Shown here: piece after piece, positions 51,000-60,428 of the stretch
Position numbering within the stretch: position 1 is the stretch's first letter
How the letters are laid out: each line of letters begins with the position of its first letter
Source: Flavobacteriales bacterium
GTDB taxonomy: Bacteria; Bacteroidota; Bacteroidia; NS11-12g; UBA955
Assembly: GCA_947496375.1 (NCBI GenBank)
Contig: CANMCY010000002.1
Span: 53,082 to 117,081 of the forward strand
DNA length: 64,000 bases
Direction of reading: 5' to 3'
Position numbers and translations under genes: made by a program
The notes under the pieces: generated by a model
The model's input: only the letters and a program-made list of their open reading frames with translations
Told to the model about the DNA's origin: nothing
Database searches by the model: none

Positions 51000-53900
51000 A
51001 TGAAATCACAAAGAACTACATTGTTAATCATGGCCTTTGCCTTCTCCATTTTTCAGGTGAAGTCGCAGAAGGTACTGCAAGACTGGAATGCCTACGTGGC
51101 TTCCAAAAATACCAGTGGCACCGGATTGGTGGACTTGGTACAAGGCGGGGTGGAAAAAGCCGGCCAAACCTATCATTACTCAGGCCCCGGAAGGGTGCTG
51201 TCAGTTCAGGTAGAAGGCGATAATCCGGGGTTGATTTTTGCCGTTCCCCTGCGTGTCAGCATATTTAGCGTTGACAACAACGGCCGCCCTGTAGCCGAAA
51301 TCGCGGGGCAAAATGCGAGTTTCCAGCCCTGGGAAAATTCCATTCAGGTTAGCTTTTCGGGCGGTGTAACCGTCAGTACGCCATTTGCCCTGGTAATAGC
51401 ACTGCGCAGCATTGCCTATCCCGGACAAACCTTCCGCTTGAAATATACCGGCGATGGAGAAGGCAAAGGGCGCGACCTGGCATCCATGGCGGGCACTACC
51501 ACCGGAGGAAACTGGAGCAGTGCCAAAAACAGTTTTGGCAGAGATGGAGATTTCTACCTCATTCCCCGCATGTCTCACGACATCACCTCCGGTTTTAGCG
51601 TAGCCGGAAACTGCATTGCTACAGGCACTGCCCTGAATTTTACCAATAAATCCATGTTCTCCCGCGATAGCATGTTCAATTTATTGCGGTGGAGCGGATA
51701 TACAGGATCGGCCAAACTCTACACATGGCAATTTGGAGACGGTAATACCTCCAACCTGGAAAACCCAAGCCACACTTACACTTCAGCCGGAGGGTATACG
51801 GTAAAGCTCATCACCACGCTTGTGGGATGGAACGGAAGCAAATCCGACACGTCTATGCTAAAAGTATCAGTGGGGCTGTCGGTGGCTGTTTCGGTACAGG
51901 GAAATCTCAACTGCAACGGGCAATCCAACGGCAGTATAACGGCCTCCGCCAATGGCGGCACACAACCCTATCAGTATAGTCTTGACGGGTTTAATTATCA
52001 GTCATCGCCTAATTTTACCGGTCTTGCTGCCGGCCCTTTTACGCTGTATGTGAAAGACCAACTGGGATGTACAGCTACCAACGTTTTCACCATCACACAA
52101 CCCACAGCCATTACATTCGGCAGTATATTAACCAGCAATGCCAGCTGTAACAATGCCGATGGAGCCATTCTGGCCACCGCAAGCGGAGGTACCGGAACTT
52201 TGCAATACCGCGTGGATGCAGGTGCATGGCAGGGTACCGGCAGTTTCTCCGGCCTTGCCTGGGGGCCGCATATTTTGTCTGTCATGGACGGAAATATGTG
52301 CATCAACTCCACCACCGTGGTTATAGACAATTTCTCTTCCCCCACGCTCAGCGTAAGCTATAACAATGTAAGCTGCAATGCAGGAAACGACGGCAGCATC
52401 ACCCTCACTTCCACCGGAGGCACGGGTGCGGTGCAGTACAGCATCAACGGAGGATTATCCTATCAGTCAAGCGGCGTATTTACCGGATTATCAGCGGGCA
52501 AATACAGCGTGCTGGTGAAAGACGTGGCGGGTTGCGGTCAGGGCGAGGTGGTTACCCTCAGCCAGCCCGGTGCCATCAGTTACCAGGTAAGTACCCGCTC
52601 CGCTACCTGTTTTGCCAAAGCCGATGGCGAAATTCATGTTTCCGGTGCCATTGGCGGTATCGGCAAATTATCCTACAGCATCAACGGCCTGAACTATCAG
52701 TCCGGACCTGATTTTTATGCGCTGCTTGGCGGCACCTACACCTTGTATGTGAAAGATGTGGCATCCTGTGTGGTAACCAAAAGCGTTACTGTTGCTCGTC
52801 CCGCAGACATTACGGCTACCTATTCCCTTACCCAGGTGAATTGCCATGGCAGCAATAACGGAACCATTCTGGTTAATGCTGCAGGAGGTACACCACCCTA
52901 TCAATACAGTCTGAATGGTGCAGGATATCAGCCCACCGCCCAGTTTGTGAATGTGGGTGCAGATACCTGGACGCTGGTAGTGAAAGATGCCAATCAGTGT
53001 ATGGACACCGGCACAGCTATCATAACCCAGCCCGCTCTCATTGTGCCTGCTATTGCATCCACCAATTCAACCTGCGGCAATGCAAACGGCAGTCTGCTCA
53101 TAACCGCCAGTGGAGGCACAGGCACCCGCTACACCTACAGTCTGGATGGAACCACGTTCCAAAGCTCCGGTCTGTTCAGCGGTAAGAGTTCCGGCACTTA
53201 TGCGGTATCCGTAAAAGATTCTGTAGGGTGCATAGTTACTACCACCGGCGATATTCAGGATTCCAACGGGCCCAGTTTCGGCAGCATCAGCAGCACCAAT
53301 GTTACCTGCAATGCAGGCAACGATGGTACCATCACTGTAAACAGCGTGTCCGGCGGTTCCGGAACCATCGAATACAGTCTCACCGGGGCCAGCTGGCAGA
53401 CATCCAATCGTTTTGCGGGTCTGTTGGCAGGGAACTACAATGTGCAGGTTCGCGATGCCAATGGATGCATTTCGCAGAGCCAGACCATTGTTATCAGTCA
53501 GCCGGCTGCCATCAGCATCAGCAGAACCCTCACCCATGTGCGCTGCAATGGCGAAAGCGATGGGTCTGCAGTTATCATGGCCTCCGGCGGTGCCGGCACA
53601 CTGGCCTACAGCATCAACGGTGGCTTTAGCTGGCAATCGTCCAATACGTTCAACAATTTAAGCGCCGGCAACTACACCATCATGGTGCGCGATGCCGGGG
53701 GCTGCATGGGCAGTACCAGTTTCACCATCAACGAAGCTGCCGGTATCACCGCATTGCTGAGCATTCTGAACATTCAATGCCATGGTGCGGAAAGTGGTGA
53801 AGTATCTTTTACCGCATCAGGCGGAAAAGCGCCCTACCAGTATAGCATTGGCGGTGCCTACCAAAGTTCGGGCAGGTTTACCGGATTGGGTGGCGGCAAC

Positions 53901-54671
53901 TACCTGTTCTTCATTAAAGATGCCAACAATTGCGTCAAAACCGGTGAATTCACCATTGTTGAACCCGCGGCCCTCACCGTGAATGCCATTGCGGCTGATG
54001 TGAGCTGTGCAGGCGGAAACAATGGGGTGATCAACCTGAGCGTAAGCGGCGGCATTTCACCCTACACCTATGATTGGTCGAATGGAGCCAACACAGAAGA
54101 TATTTTCAACCTCCGGGCCGGAACCTACACGGTCAACATCACCGATGATTACGGTTGCAGGGAAAGCAGAAGCTTCACCCTGGATCAGCCCGACCAGCCC
54201 ATTGTGATTAACGGCGTAGTGGTAGATGGCAACGGCACCCTGGGCAGCGTAGACATTACGGTAACCGGTGGCGTAACCCCTTATCGCTTTTTATGGTCAA
54301 ACAATGCCACTACCGAAGACATTGGAGAGTTATTGCCCGGCAACTACACGGTAACGGTAACCGACGCCAATTCCTGTGTAGCTACTTCCACCTTCACGGT
54401 GAAGGTGAGCACAGGGGTAGACAAGGCACAGCTGGAAAAAGCGGTGAAACTCTATCCCAATCCGGCTACAGCGCTAGTTAATCTATCGGTGGCGGGCTAC
54501 AAAGCAGACAAGGTGTACATCATCAACACCGATGGCAGAATGGTGTATGAAACCACCCCTGTAGAAAGCACGGTGAGCATTGACACGCGGACGTTTGCGG
54601 CCGGCATATACACGGTGATTGTGCGCTCGGGTGATACCCAGACGGCCTTGCATCTTGTGATCGAAAAATAA
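51000..54671 (+). CDS. SprB-repeat and PKD-domain containing T9SS cargo protein
   Basis: Signal peptide, then one PKD-like segment (YTWQFGDGNTSNLENPSHTYTSAGGYTV). About 12 tandem SprB-type repeats follow (C..G..NG.I......GGT.PYQYS..G..YQ.S..F.GL.AG.Y...V.D..GC). C-terminal T9SS CTD (KLYPNPATALVNLSV...GIYTVIVRSGDTQTALHLVIEK). Confidence 0.8.
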   Translation: MKSQRTTLLIMAFAFSIFQVKSQKVLQDWNAYVASKNTSGTGLVDLVQGGVEKAGQTYHYSGPGRVLSVQVEGDNPGLIFAVPLRVSIFSVDNNGRPVAEIAGQNASFQPWENSIQVSFSGGVTVSTPFALVIALRSIAYPGQTFRLKYTGDGEGKGRDLASMAGTTTGGNWSSAKNSFGRDGDFYLIPRMSHDITSGFSVAGNCIATGTALNFTNKSMFSRDSMFNLLRWSGYTGSAKLYTWQFGDGNTSNLENPSHTYTSAGGYTVKLITTLVGWNGSKSDTSMLKVSVGLSVAVSVQGNLNCNGQSNGSITASANGGTQPYQYSLDGFNYQSSPNFTGLAAGPFTLYVKDQLGCTATNVFTITQPTAITFGSILTSNASCNNADGAILATASGGTGTLQYRVDAGAWQGTGSFSGLAWGPHILSVMDGNMCINSTTVVIDNFSSPTLSVSYNNVSCNAGNDGSITLTSTGGTGAVQYSINGGLSYQSSGVFTGLSAGKYSVLVKDVAGCGQGEVVTLSQPGAISYQVSTRSATCFAKADGEIHVSGAIGGIGKLSYSINGLNYQSGPDFYALLGGTYTLYVKDVASCVVTKSVTVARPADITATYSLTQVNCHGSNNGTILVNAAGGTPPYQYSLNGAGYQPTAQFVNVGADTWTLVVKDANQCMDTGTAIITQPALIVPAIASTNSTCGNANGSLLITASGGTGTRYTYSLDGTTFQSSGLFSGKSSGTYAVSVKDSVGCIVTTTGDIQDSNGPSFGSISSTNVTCNAGNDGTITVNSVSGGSGTIEYSLTGASWQTSNRFAGLLAGNYNVQVRDANGCISQSQTIVISQPAAISISRTLTHVRCNGESDGSAVIMASGGAGTLAYSINGGFSWQSSNTFNNLSAGNYTIMVRDAGGCMGSTSFTINEAAGITALLSILNIQCHGAESGEVSFTASGGKAPYQYSIGGAYQSSGRFTGLGGGNYLFFIKDANNCVKTGEFTIVEPAALTVNAIAADVSCAGGNNGVINLSVSGGISPYTYDWSNGANTEDIFNLRAGTYTVNITDDYGCRESRSFTLDQPDQPIVINGVVVDGNGTLGSVDITVTGGVTPYRFLWSNNATTEDIGELLPGNYTVTVTDANSCVATSTFTVKVSTGVDKAQLEKAVKLYPNPATALVNLSVAGYKADKVYIINTDGRMVYETTPVESTVSIDTRTFAAGIYTVIVRSGDTQTALHLVIEK

Positions 54672-54691
54672 TCATTGTATTTTTTGTAAGA

Positions 54692-54726
54692 GCCCGCCGT
54701 CAGCAATGATGGCGGGTTTTTTTTGT
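54692..54726. terminator. Rho-independent terminator after SprB-repeat gene
   Basis: agcccgccgtca-gcaa-tgatggcgggt (one mismatch in the stem) followed by a T8 run. Confidence 0.65.
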
Positions 54727-54868
54727 GGGCTGCCCGAAGCATCCCTACTTCGAGGAGCAGTAGGATTCAATCATTGGTGAAAACTTCCTATGTTTGTAAT
54801 AGTAGGAAAAAACTTGCAGTATAAATGAGTTACAAGCTATTTAAATAAAAAACCAGAATATAAAGAAT

Positions 54869-56074
54869 ATGACACCAGTGACCTTAAATAATTTAAATAT
54901 AAAACGCATATTTAGACAAATTTTCTTTTTAATCATTAGCTTGTTAATAGCAGGTAAAGGTATGGCTCAACATACTTATGGAAGTTATTATACCAATGAT
55001 GCTCTAGTAAATTTTATAAAGTCCGGAAATAAAAAAGATAGTTCCGCCATAGTTATGGTGCCTGGTCTTAACTTAACTTCCTATATTTTCTTTACTACAC
55101 CCGACCACAGAAAAGGATGGGCTGAATTATTCGCAGACAAAGGATATGATGTGTACATGGTAAATGATCCAAAATATGATTTCGCAACTGGTGGTATAAT
55201 TGCCCCTTTTAGTGTGCCAATTAACGGAAAGCCAGCTACGCCGGGATTAGAACAAGCATGGCAGTCTGACATTTGGAGGCGATGGGGATTTGGAACTTCT
55301 CAAGGTATTCCCTACGCAGATGCACAATTTCCTACAGACTCTTTTGCTAATTTCACATTAAACTATCCTTATGTGGGTACATCTGCTAAACTTTTTGAAA
55401 ATGCTATTAGTGCTGTAATAGATTCAATAAAAGGCAAGGTATGGTTATTGTCACATAGCGCAGGAACTCAGGCAGCAGTTTTAGCCGCACACCAAAAGAA
55501 AGCTAAATTGAATGGCTTTATTCTTGTTGAACCCGCAGGACCACCAGATAGTGCTGACTTTCCGGATTTTAATGGATTGCATATGTTTGGCGTTTATGGC
55601 GACTATATAACTTCCCGAAATCAAACGAGCAGAAAGGTGGCTGTGGAGACAATATCTGTTAAATTTCAAAATGCAGGCGGCATTTCTGATGTAGTATCAC
55701 TACCAGAGGATTCTTTGGTTAAAGGGAATAGTCACCTAATGATGCAAGATAAAAACAGCAAATATGTTTTCAATATAATCGAGCATTGGCTGCAGCAATT
55801 TAGCAATAATACAGTTGGAATTGAAAGTAAATTTAATAATAATATCAGCATGAACCTTTACCCAAATCCAACAGGAAATGAAATTTGGGTGGAGAATAAC
55901 TCAAGGGATATTATTGAATACAGCATTTATTCAATGGATGGAAGATTATTACAAGAATCTTCAGTTTTAAATCAAAAAATTGATTTATCTAATTTACCTA
56001 ATGGTTTATTGTTCATCAAATTAAAACAGAAAGAACAAGTAATAATAAAAAAAATAATAAAAAACGGATTATAA
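54869..56074 (+). CDS. alpha/beta hydrolase with T9SS C-terminal sorting domain (AT-rich gene)
   Basis: Signal peptide and a nucleophile-elbow-like LSHSAG. C-terminal CTD LYPNPTGNEIWVEN...GLLFIKLKQ. GC content is visibly lower than in flanking genes. Confidence 0.6.
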   Translation: MTPVTLNNLNIKRIFRQIFFLIISLLIAGKGMAQHTYGSYYTNDALVNFIKSGNKKDSSAIVMVPGLNLTSYIFFTTPDHRKGWAELFADKGYDVYMVNDPKYDFATGGIIAPFSVPINGKPATPGLEQAWQSDIWRRWGFGTSQGIPYADAQFPTDSFANFTLNYPYVGTSAKLFENAISAVIDSIKGKVWLLSHSAGTQAAVLAAHQKKAKLNGFILVEPAGPPDSADFPDFNGLHMFGVYGDYITSRNQTSRKVAVETISVKFQNAGGISDVVSLPEDSLVKGNSHLMMQDKNSKYVFNIIEHWLQQFSNNTVGIESKFNNNISMNLYPNPTGNEIWVENNSRDIIEYSIYSMDGRLLQESSVLNQKIDLSNLPNGLLFIKLKQKEQVIIKKIIKNGL

Positions 56075-56380
56075 CAGCAGCCTGGTGTCATGCGGGTTCG
56101 TTAGTTAGGAAAGTTCCGTCTACCAATGTAATTTTATTGAAAGCAGCGTATCCTAACAGCAGTCTGGTGTCACAGCCATGCCCTCCCGCTGCCCCTTATT
56201 TCGAACAACAAATCATGGTTGCGGTGAAAACCCAAATTATTCGCCGCATTTTTGCGGTGATTTTTTATTGCTTCCGCCGCTACCCGCTACCCGAAGTCTC
56301 CCGACTTCGGGTAGCCCCCACCAAAATCATGCTGCTAACAATCCCCCATTCGCCCTATCTTTGCATCACTAAATCAGGGC

Positions 56381-58273
56381 ATGAGCGATCCCATCAAGCA
56401 CGAATGTGGTGTGGCCTTCATTCGGTTGCTAAAACCCCTAAGCTATTACCGCGAAAAATACGGAACACCCCTCTACGGCCTCAGACAACTGCAGTTTCTG
56501 ATGACCAAACAACTCAACCGGGGCCAGGATGGAGCCGGCATTGGCGTGGTGAAACTGGATCCGGAATACGGAGCGCGCTACCTGGCCCGCAAACGCAGTG
56601 CCAGCAAATCTGCCGTTACCGATATTTTTGATGAAGTGGCCTATGAATATGCCCGGCTAAACGACACCATCAGAAAAAATGATGAGGCCCTGAAACAGGA
56701 GTATCCTTACGCGGGCGAACTGCTGCTGGGGCATTTGCGGTATGGCACCTACGGTGGAAACAGCTTGGAAAATATTCACCCCTTTCTGCGCCAAAACAAC
56801 TGGATGGCCCGAAACCTGATGCTGGCCGGCAACTATAATGTTACCAATGTGGATGAGCTTTTCCAGACCCTGATAGACCTGGGACAGCAGCCCAAAGAGA
56901 AAAGCGACAACGTGCTGATGCTGGAAAAAATCGGGCATTTTATTGATGAAGAAAACCAGCGCCTGTTCAGTATTTTCAAAAGCCAGGGACATACCAACCG
57001 GGAAATTACCGATAAAATAAAAACGGAAATGAACCTGGTGAACGTGCTGAAACGGTCATTTAAAAATGTTGATGGCGGTTTTAACATGGTCGGATTGCTC
57101 GGACATGGCGATGCCTTTGTGATGCGCGACCCCGCCGGAATACGCCCCAGTTTCTGGTACGCCAATGATGAAGTGGTGGTGGCTGCCTCAGAACGCAGTG
57201 CCATACAGACGGTGTTTAACACCAAAATAGAAGAGATTCGCGAACTTGGCCCCGGAAATGCCCTGATGGTGCGCAAAAACGGCGAATACTCCGAAGTAAA
57301 TATTCTGGAGCCGGTAGCCAAACGCAGCTGCTCCTTTGAGCGCATTTACTTTGCCCGTGGCAACGATGCCGATATATACGCCGAACGCAGAGAACTGGGC
57401 AGACTGCTCAGCCATACCATCAGCGACAGAATCGGCTACGATTTTGAAAATACCGTGTTCTCTTACGTTCCCAATACCGCAGCCACTGCATTTTATGGAC
57501 TCATTGACGGGGTACACGAAATTATCCGCGAAAAACAGGCCGAAGCCATTGCCAAAATTGATGTAGCAAGCGATGGTGAGGCATTAAAACGCATCCTGGA
57601 CTGGAAACCCCGCAGAGAGAAAATCCTCGTGAAGGATGCCAAAATGCGCACCTTCATCACCAACGACAATGACCGGGAAGTGATGGTGGGCGGTGCGTAT
57701 GATGTTACCTACGGCACCATAAATCCGGGAACCGATACCTTGGTCATCATGGATGACAGCATTGTGCGGGGCACTACCCTCAGAACCAGCATTCTGCGCA
57801 TCCTGGACCGCTTAAAACCCAAGAAAATCATACTGGTTTCCTCCTCACCTCAAATCCGCTACCCGGATTGCTATGGCATAGACATGAGCCGCCTGGGCGA
57901 TTTTGCCGCTTTTCAGGCAGCCGTGCATATCCTGAAAGACAAAGGGCAGGAATCCTTGCTGGATGAGCTTTACCTAAAAGCCAAGACCGAAATAATAAAA
58001 CCTGCTGAGGAACAGCGCAACATCATTCAGGATTTATATGCCGGTATGAGTGATGCCGAAATCAGTCTGAAAGTAGGGGAAATGGTGCGCCCTGTCGACC
58101 TGAATGCTGAGCTTGAAATCGTGTATCAGAGCGTAGAAAACCTGCACAAAGCGTCACCCAAACACGAAGGTGATTGGTATTTCACAGGCAATTACCCCAC
58201 TCCCGGCGGCACCAAAGTAGCGAATCGATCCTTCCTGTATTTCATGGAAGGCCGAAAAGAAAGAGCGTATTAA
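56381..58273 (+). CDS. purF: amidophosphoribosyltransferase-like class II glutamine amidotransferase (long Bacteroidota PurF form)
   Basis: An N-terminal Cys follows the Met-containing propeptide (MSDPIKHECGVAF) and forms the Ntn glutaminase domain. A C-terminal PRTase-type fold with DDSIVRGTT follows. 630 aa. Confidence 0.7.
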   Translation: MSDPIKHECGVAFIRLLKPLSYYREKYGTPLYGLRQLQFLMTKQLNRGQDGAGIGVVKLDPEYGARYLARKRSASKSAVTDIFDEVAYEYARLNDTIRKNDEALKQEYPYAGELLLGHLRYGTYGGNSLENIHPFLRQNNWMARNLMLAGNYNVTNVDELFQTLIDLGQQPKEKSDNVLMLEKIGHFIDEENQRLFSIFKSQGHTNREITDKIKTEMNLVNVLKRSFKNVDGGFNMVGLLGHGDAFVMRDPAGIRPSFWYANDEVVVAASERSAIQTVFNTKIEEIRELGPGNALMVRKNGEYSEVNILEPVAKRSCSFERIYFARGNDADIYAERRELGRLLSHTISDRIGYDFENTVFSYVPNTAATAFYGLIDGVHEIIREKQAEAIAKIDVASDGEALKRILDWKPRREKILVKDAKMRTFITNDNDREVMVGGAYDVTYGTINPGTDTLVIMDDSIVRGTTLRTSILRILDRLKPKKIILVSSSPQIRYPDCYGIDMSRLGDFAAFQAAVHILKDKGQESLLDELYLKAKTEIIKPAEEQRNIIQDLYAGMSDAEISLKVGEMVRPVDLNAELEIVYQSVENLHKASPKHEGDWYFTGNYPTPGGTKVANRSFLYFMEGRKERAY

Positions 58274-58282
58274 AACAAACGG

Positions 58283-58735
58283 TTACTTGCCAAGCTTCAT
58301 CCGCTTCCAGGTATCGGTTCTTCCCAGCGCCTGAACGCCAATATAACCGCGGATGTCCAGGGTGTTGTTATCCTTCATTTTGATAACAGACTTGTAGGTG
58401 CTGCCGTTTTCAGGGTCGTAAATGGTACCGTCACCCCACTCATCATTGTCTTTGTAATTGAAGTCTTTTAAAATCCGGTAACCTTTCAGCGGTACGGTTC
58501 TCATTTTTTCATCCGGGTTGTTTTTATCCACCTTGGGTTTACCATTGGCGGGATCTACGGGCTCTTTCAGCCAAACTATTTTTCCGTAATACTTGGTGCC
58601 GATTTTTTCAATCTTTACACCGGCCTTTCCGCTTCCGGATTGCCATACACCCAGCAAACGGTCGCCATTGGCGGGGGCAAAAGCCATGAGCAGGCACATC
58701 AGTGCGGCGCCCATTACAATACTGATTTTTTTCAT
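58283..58735 (-). CDS. DUF2147 domain-containing exported protein
   Basis: Signal peptide, then GVWQSGSGKAGVKIEKIGTKYYGKIVWL ... GTIYDPENGSTYKSVIKM, as seen in Bacteroidota DUF2147 proteins. Confidence 0.55.
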   Translation of the reverse strand: MKKISIVMGAALMCLLMAFAPANGDRLLGVWQSGSGKAGVKIEKIGTKYYGKIVWLKEPVDPANGKPKVDKNNPDEKMRTVPLKGYRILKDFNYKDNDEWGDGTIYDPENGSTYKSVIKMKDNNTLDIRGYIGVQALGRTDTWKRMKLGK

Positions 58736-58740
58736 ATAGA

Positions 58741-59244
58741 TTAGTCTTTTAAGGTAAATTCAAAGGTTAACCGGGCCTTCAGTTCAAAAGGCACTTCCCT
58801 GTCTTTTTTTGGAGTCAAATCGCATACCAAAAATTTCTCTTTGCTCTTGAAATGCTCGGCAAGATCAGCATCACCCGCCGGTTGTGCACTAAAAGTATTT
58901 TGGGCAGACATCGGGTTTTGAACGGCAATTTCCTTGGCTTTGCTGTCGCCACCGGCCATCATATTGAGGGTAAGACTTCCAAAATCTGCAAATCCGGTAG
59001 AATCGGTGGTGGAAAATCCGGCTGAAATCAGCTTTACCCCTTCAATATTGGCTTCTGTGGCATGGTGTTTTTTCAGAAAAACAGTGAGTTCATCCGTGAG
59101 CTGGTGCTGCAGTGATTCGGGTGAAGATTCAAAGAAAGGACCCTCACTCCGAAAGGTGATATCCAGTGTGAGATTGTCTTTGGTTTGTTTGCCGCAGGCG
59201 CTGAACATCAGCATTCCGGCGAATAAATACAGTATTTTTTTCAT
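58741..59244 (-). CDS. hypothetical lipoprotein
   Basis: Lipobox signal MKKILYLFAGMLMFSAC. 167 aa. Confidence 0.5.
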   Translation of the reverse strand: MKKILYLFAGMLMFSACGKQTKDNLTLDITFRSEGPFFESSPESLQHQLTDELTVFLKKHHATEANIEGVKLISAGFSTTDSTGFADFGSLTLNMMAGGDSKAKEIAVQNPMSAQNTFSAQPAGDADLAEHFKSKEKFLVCDLTPKKDREVPFELKARLTFEFTLKD

Positions 59245-59246
59245 AG

Positions 59247-60359
59247 TTAAGGACTTACAAGATTGATAGAGAACATAATATACGGGGCATTACCCGCTTT
59301 GTTTTCCATGAGATATGGCTGCTTGCCAACGGGTCCACGGAAAAACTCTTTTTCATCTAAATTAAAGGCAGTGTTGATGCGGTATCCGGCCTGAAGACTC
59401 ATCCAGATGAACCCGGAAAGGGATTTTTCATAGGTAAAGCGCAGTCTCGCTTCCCCGCGGCGTAGCTCCGAATCGGTTCTATTGGCAATAGCCGAGCGCA
59501 TAAAATAGGTTTGACCCTCCAGCTCATAACCAAACAACAGTAGGTTTCTGGAATTGAAGGTTCTGCGAACGGCTGCCCTTGCGGGAAACAATGCTTCAAT
59601 CCCCCATTTGCGGTTGGGATAGGTATAATTATAAAACAGCACCGGTACATAGTTGAGTTCGCCAACCCGGTAGGTGCGCGAAATACCCAAACCCCACTGC
59701 AGTCGGTCATGCGGCCGCTTTCCATAGATTACGGCGCCCGAAACCCGGGTCTTACCCAGGTAATCTCCAACCTCGCCTATTCCAAAATTCCCGTTCACAT
59801 CACCCTGCAACTGCGCAAGCACAAAGCGTTTGGCATCCAGCGGAACAAACAATGTAGTGGCGAGTCCGGCACTGGTTAACCCCTGATTCAACGCATTGGT
59901 GAAATAATCGGTATTTCGAAGGACCATTGTGGTTGGGTAGTCTGTTCCCCTGTAGTTGTTTTGAAGATAATTCCCCGCAACCGTCCAGGTAAGGCGGTTT
60001 TTGGAAATCACAGGAATATTGAAGCCCAGTCTCAATCCCTGACTGCCTTTCGTGAAAAGGGTACCGGTGGTATCAGAGGCTACCTTTGGGAATGAGGGCA
60101 TAATTTTCATGCTAATGTCATACGCACCCTGCACATCATACCCAATGGTGATGAGTTTTTGAGGTGAAAGATCGAAAATCTTGGTACTGGCCCAGGGAGC
60201 TGCAGCACTTTCCTCCGGAACCAGGTTATCATACATGGAAAAATCCTCTGCAGCTGCGGTGGTGTCTGTCGGAACAATCAGGGTATCGGTCTGGGCAAAC
60301 AGCGAAGTACCGAAGAATATGAAGGTTAAAAAGGCCGAATTTCTCATGAAAAAATGCAA
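59247..60359 (-). CDS. hypothetical outer-membrane (probable beta-barrel) protein
   Basis: Signal peptide ...FFGTSLFAQ. Alternating hydrophobic beta-strand-like pattern with a C-terminal aromatic-rich end. Confidence 0.45.
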   Translation of the reverse strand: MHFFMRNSAFLTFIFFGTSLFAQTDTLIVPTDTTAAAEDFSMYDNLVPEESAAAPWASTKIFDLSPQKLITIGYDVQGAYDISMKIMPSFPKVASDTTGTLFTKGSQGLRLGFNIPVISKNRLTWTVAGNYLQNNYRGTDYPTTMVLRNTDYFTNALNQGLTSAGLATTLFVPLDAKRFVLAQLQGDVNGNFGIGEVGDYLGKTRVSGAVIYGKRPHDRLQWGLGISRTYRVGELNYVPVLFYNYTYPNRKWGIEALFPARAAVRRTFNSRNLLLFGYELEGQTYFMRSAIANRTDSELRRGEARLRFTYEKSLSGFIWMSLQAGYRINTAFNLDEKEFFRGPVGKQPYLMENKAGNAPYIMFSINLVSP

Positions 60360-60428
60360 ATTGGGGCATTTTTATCAATAATCAAAGGGATAATGGATAA
60401 AAACCTTTGTAAATTGTTACACAAAACT

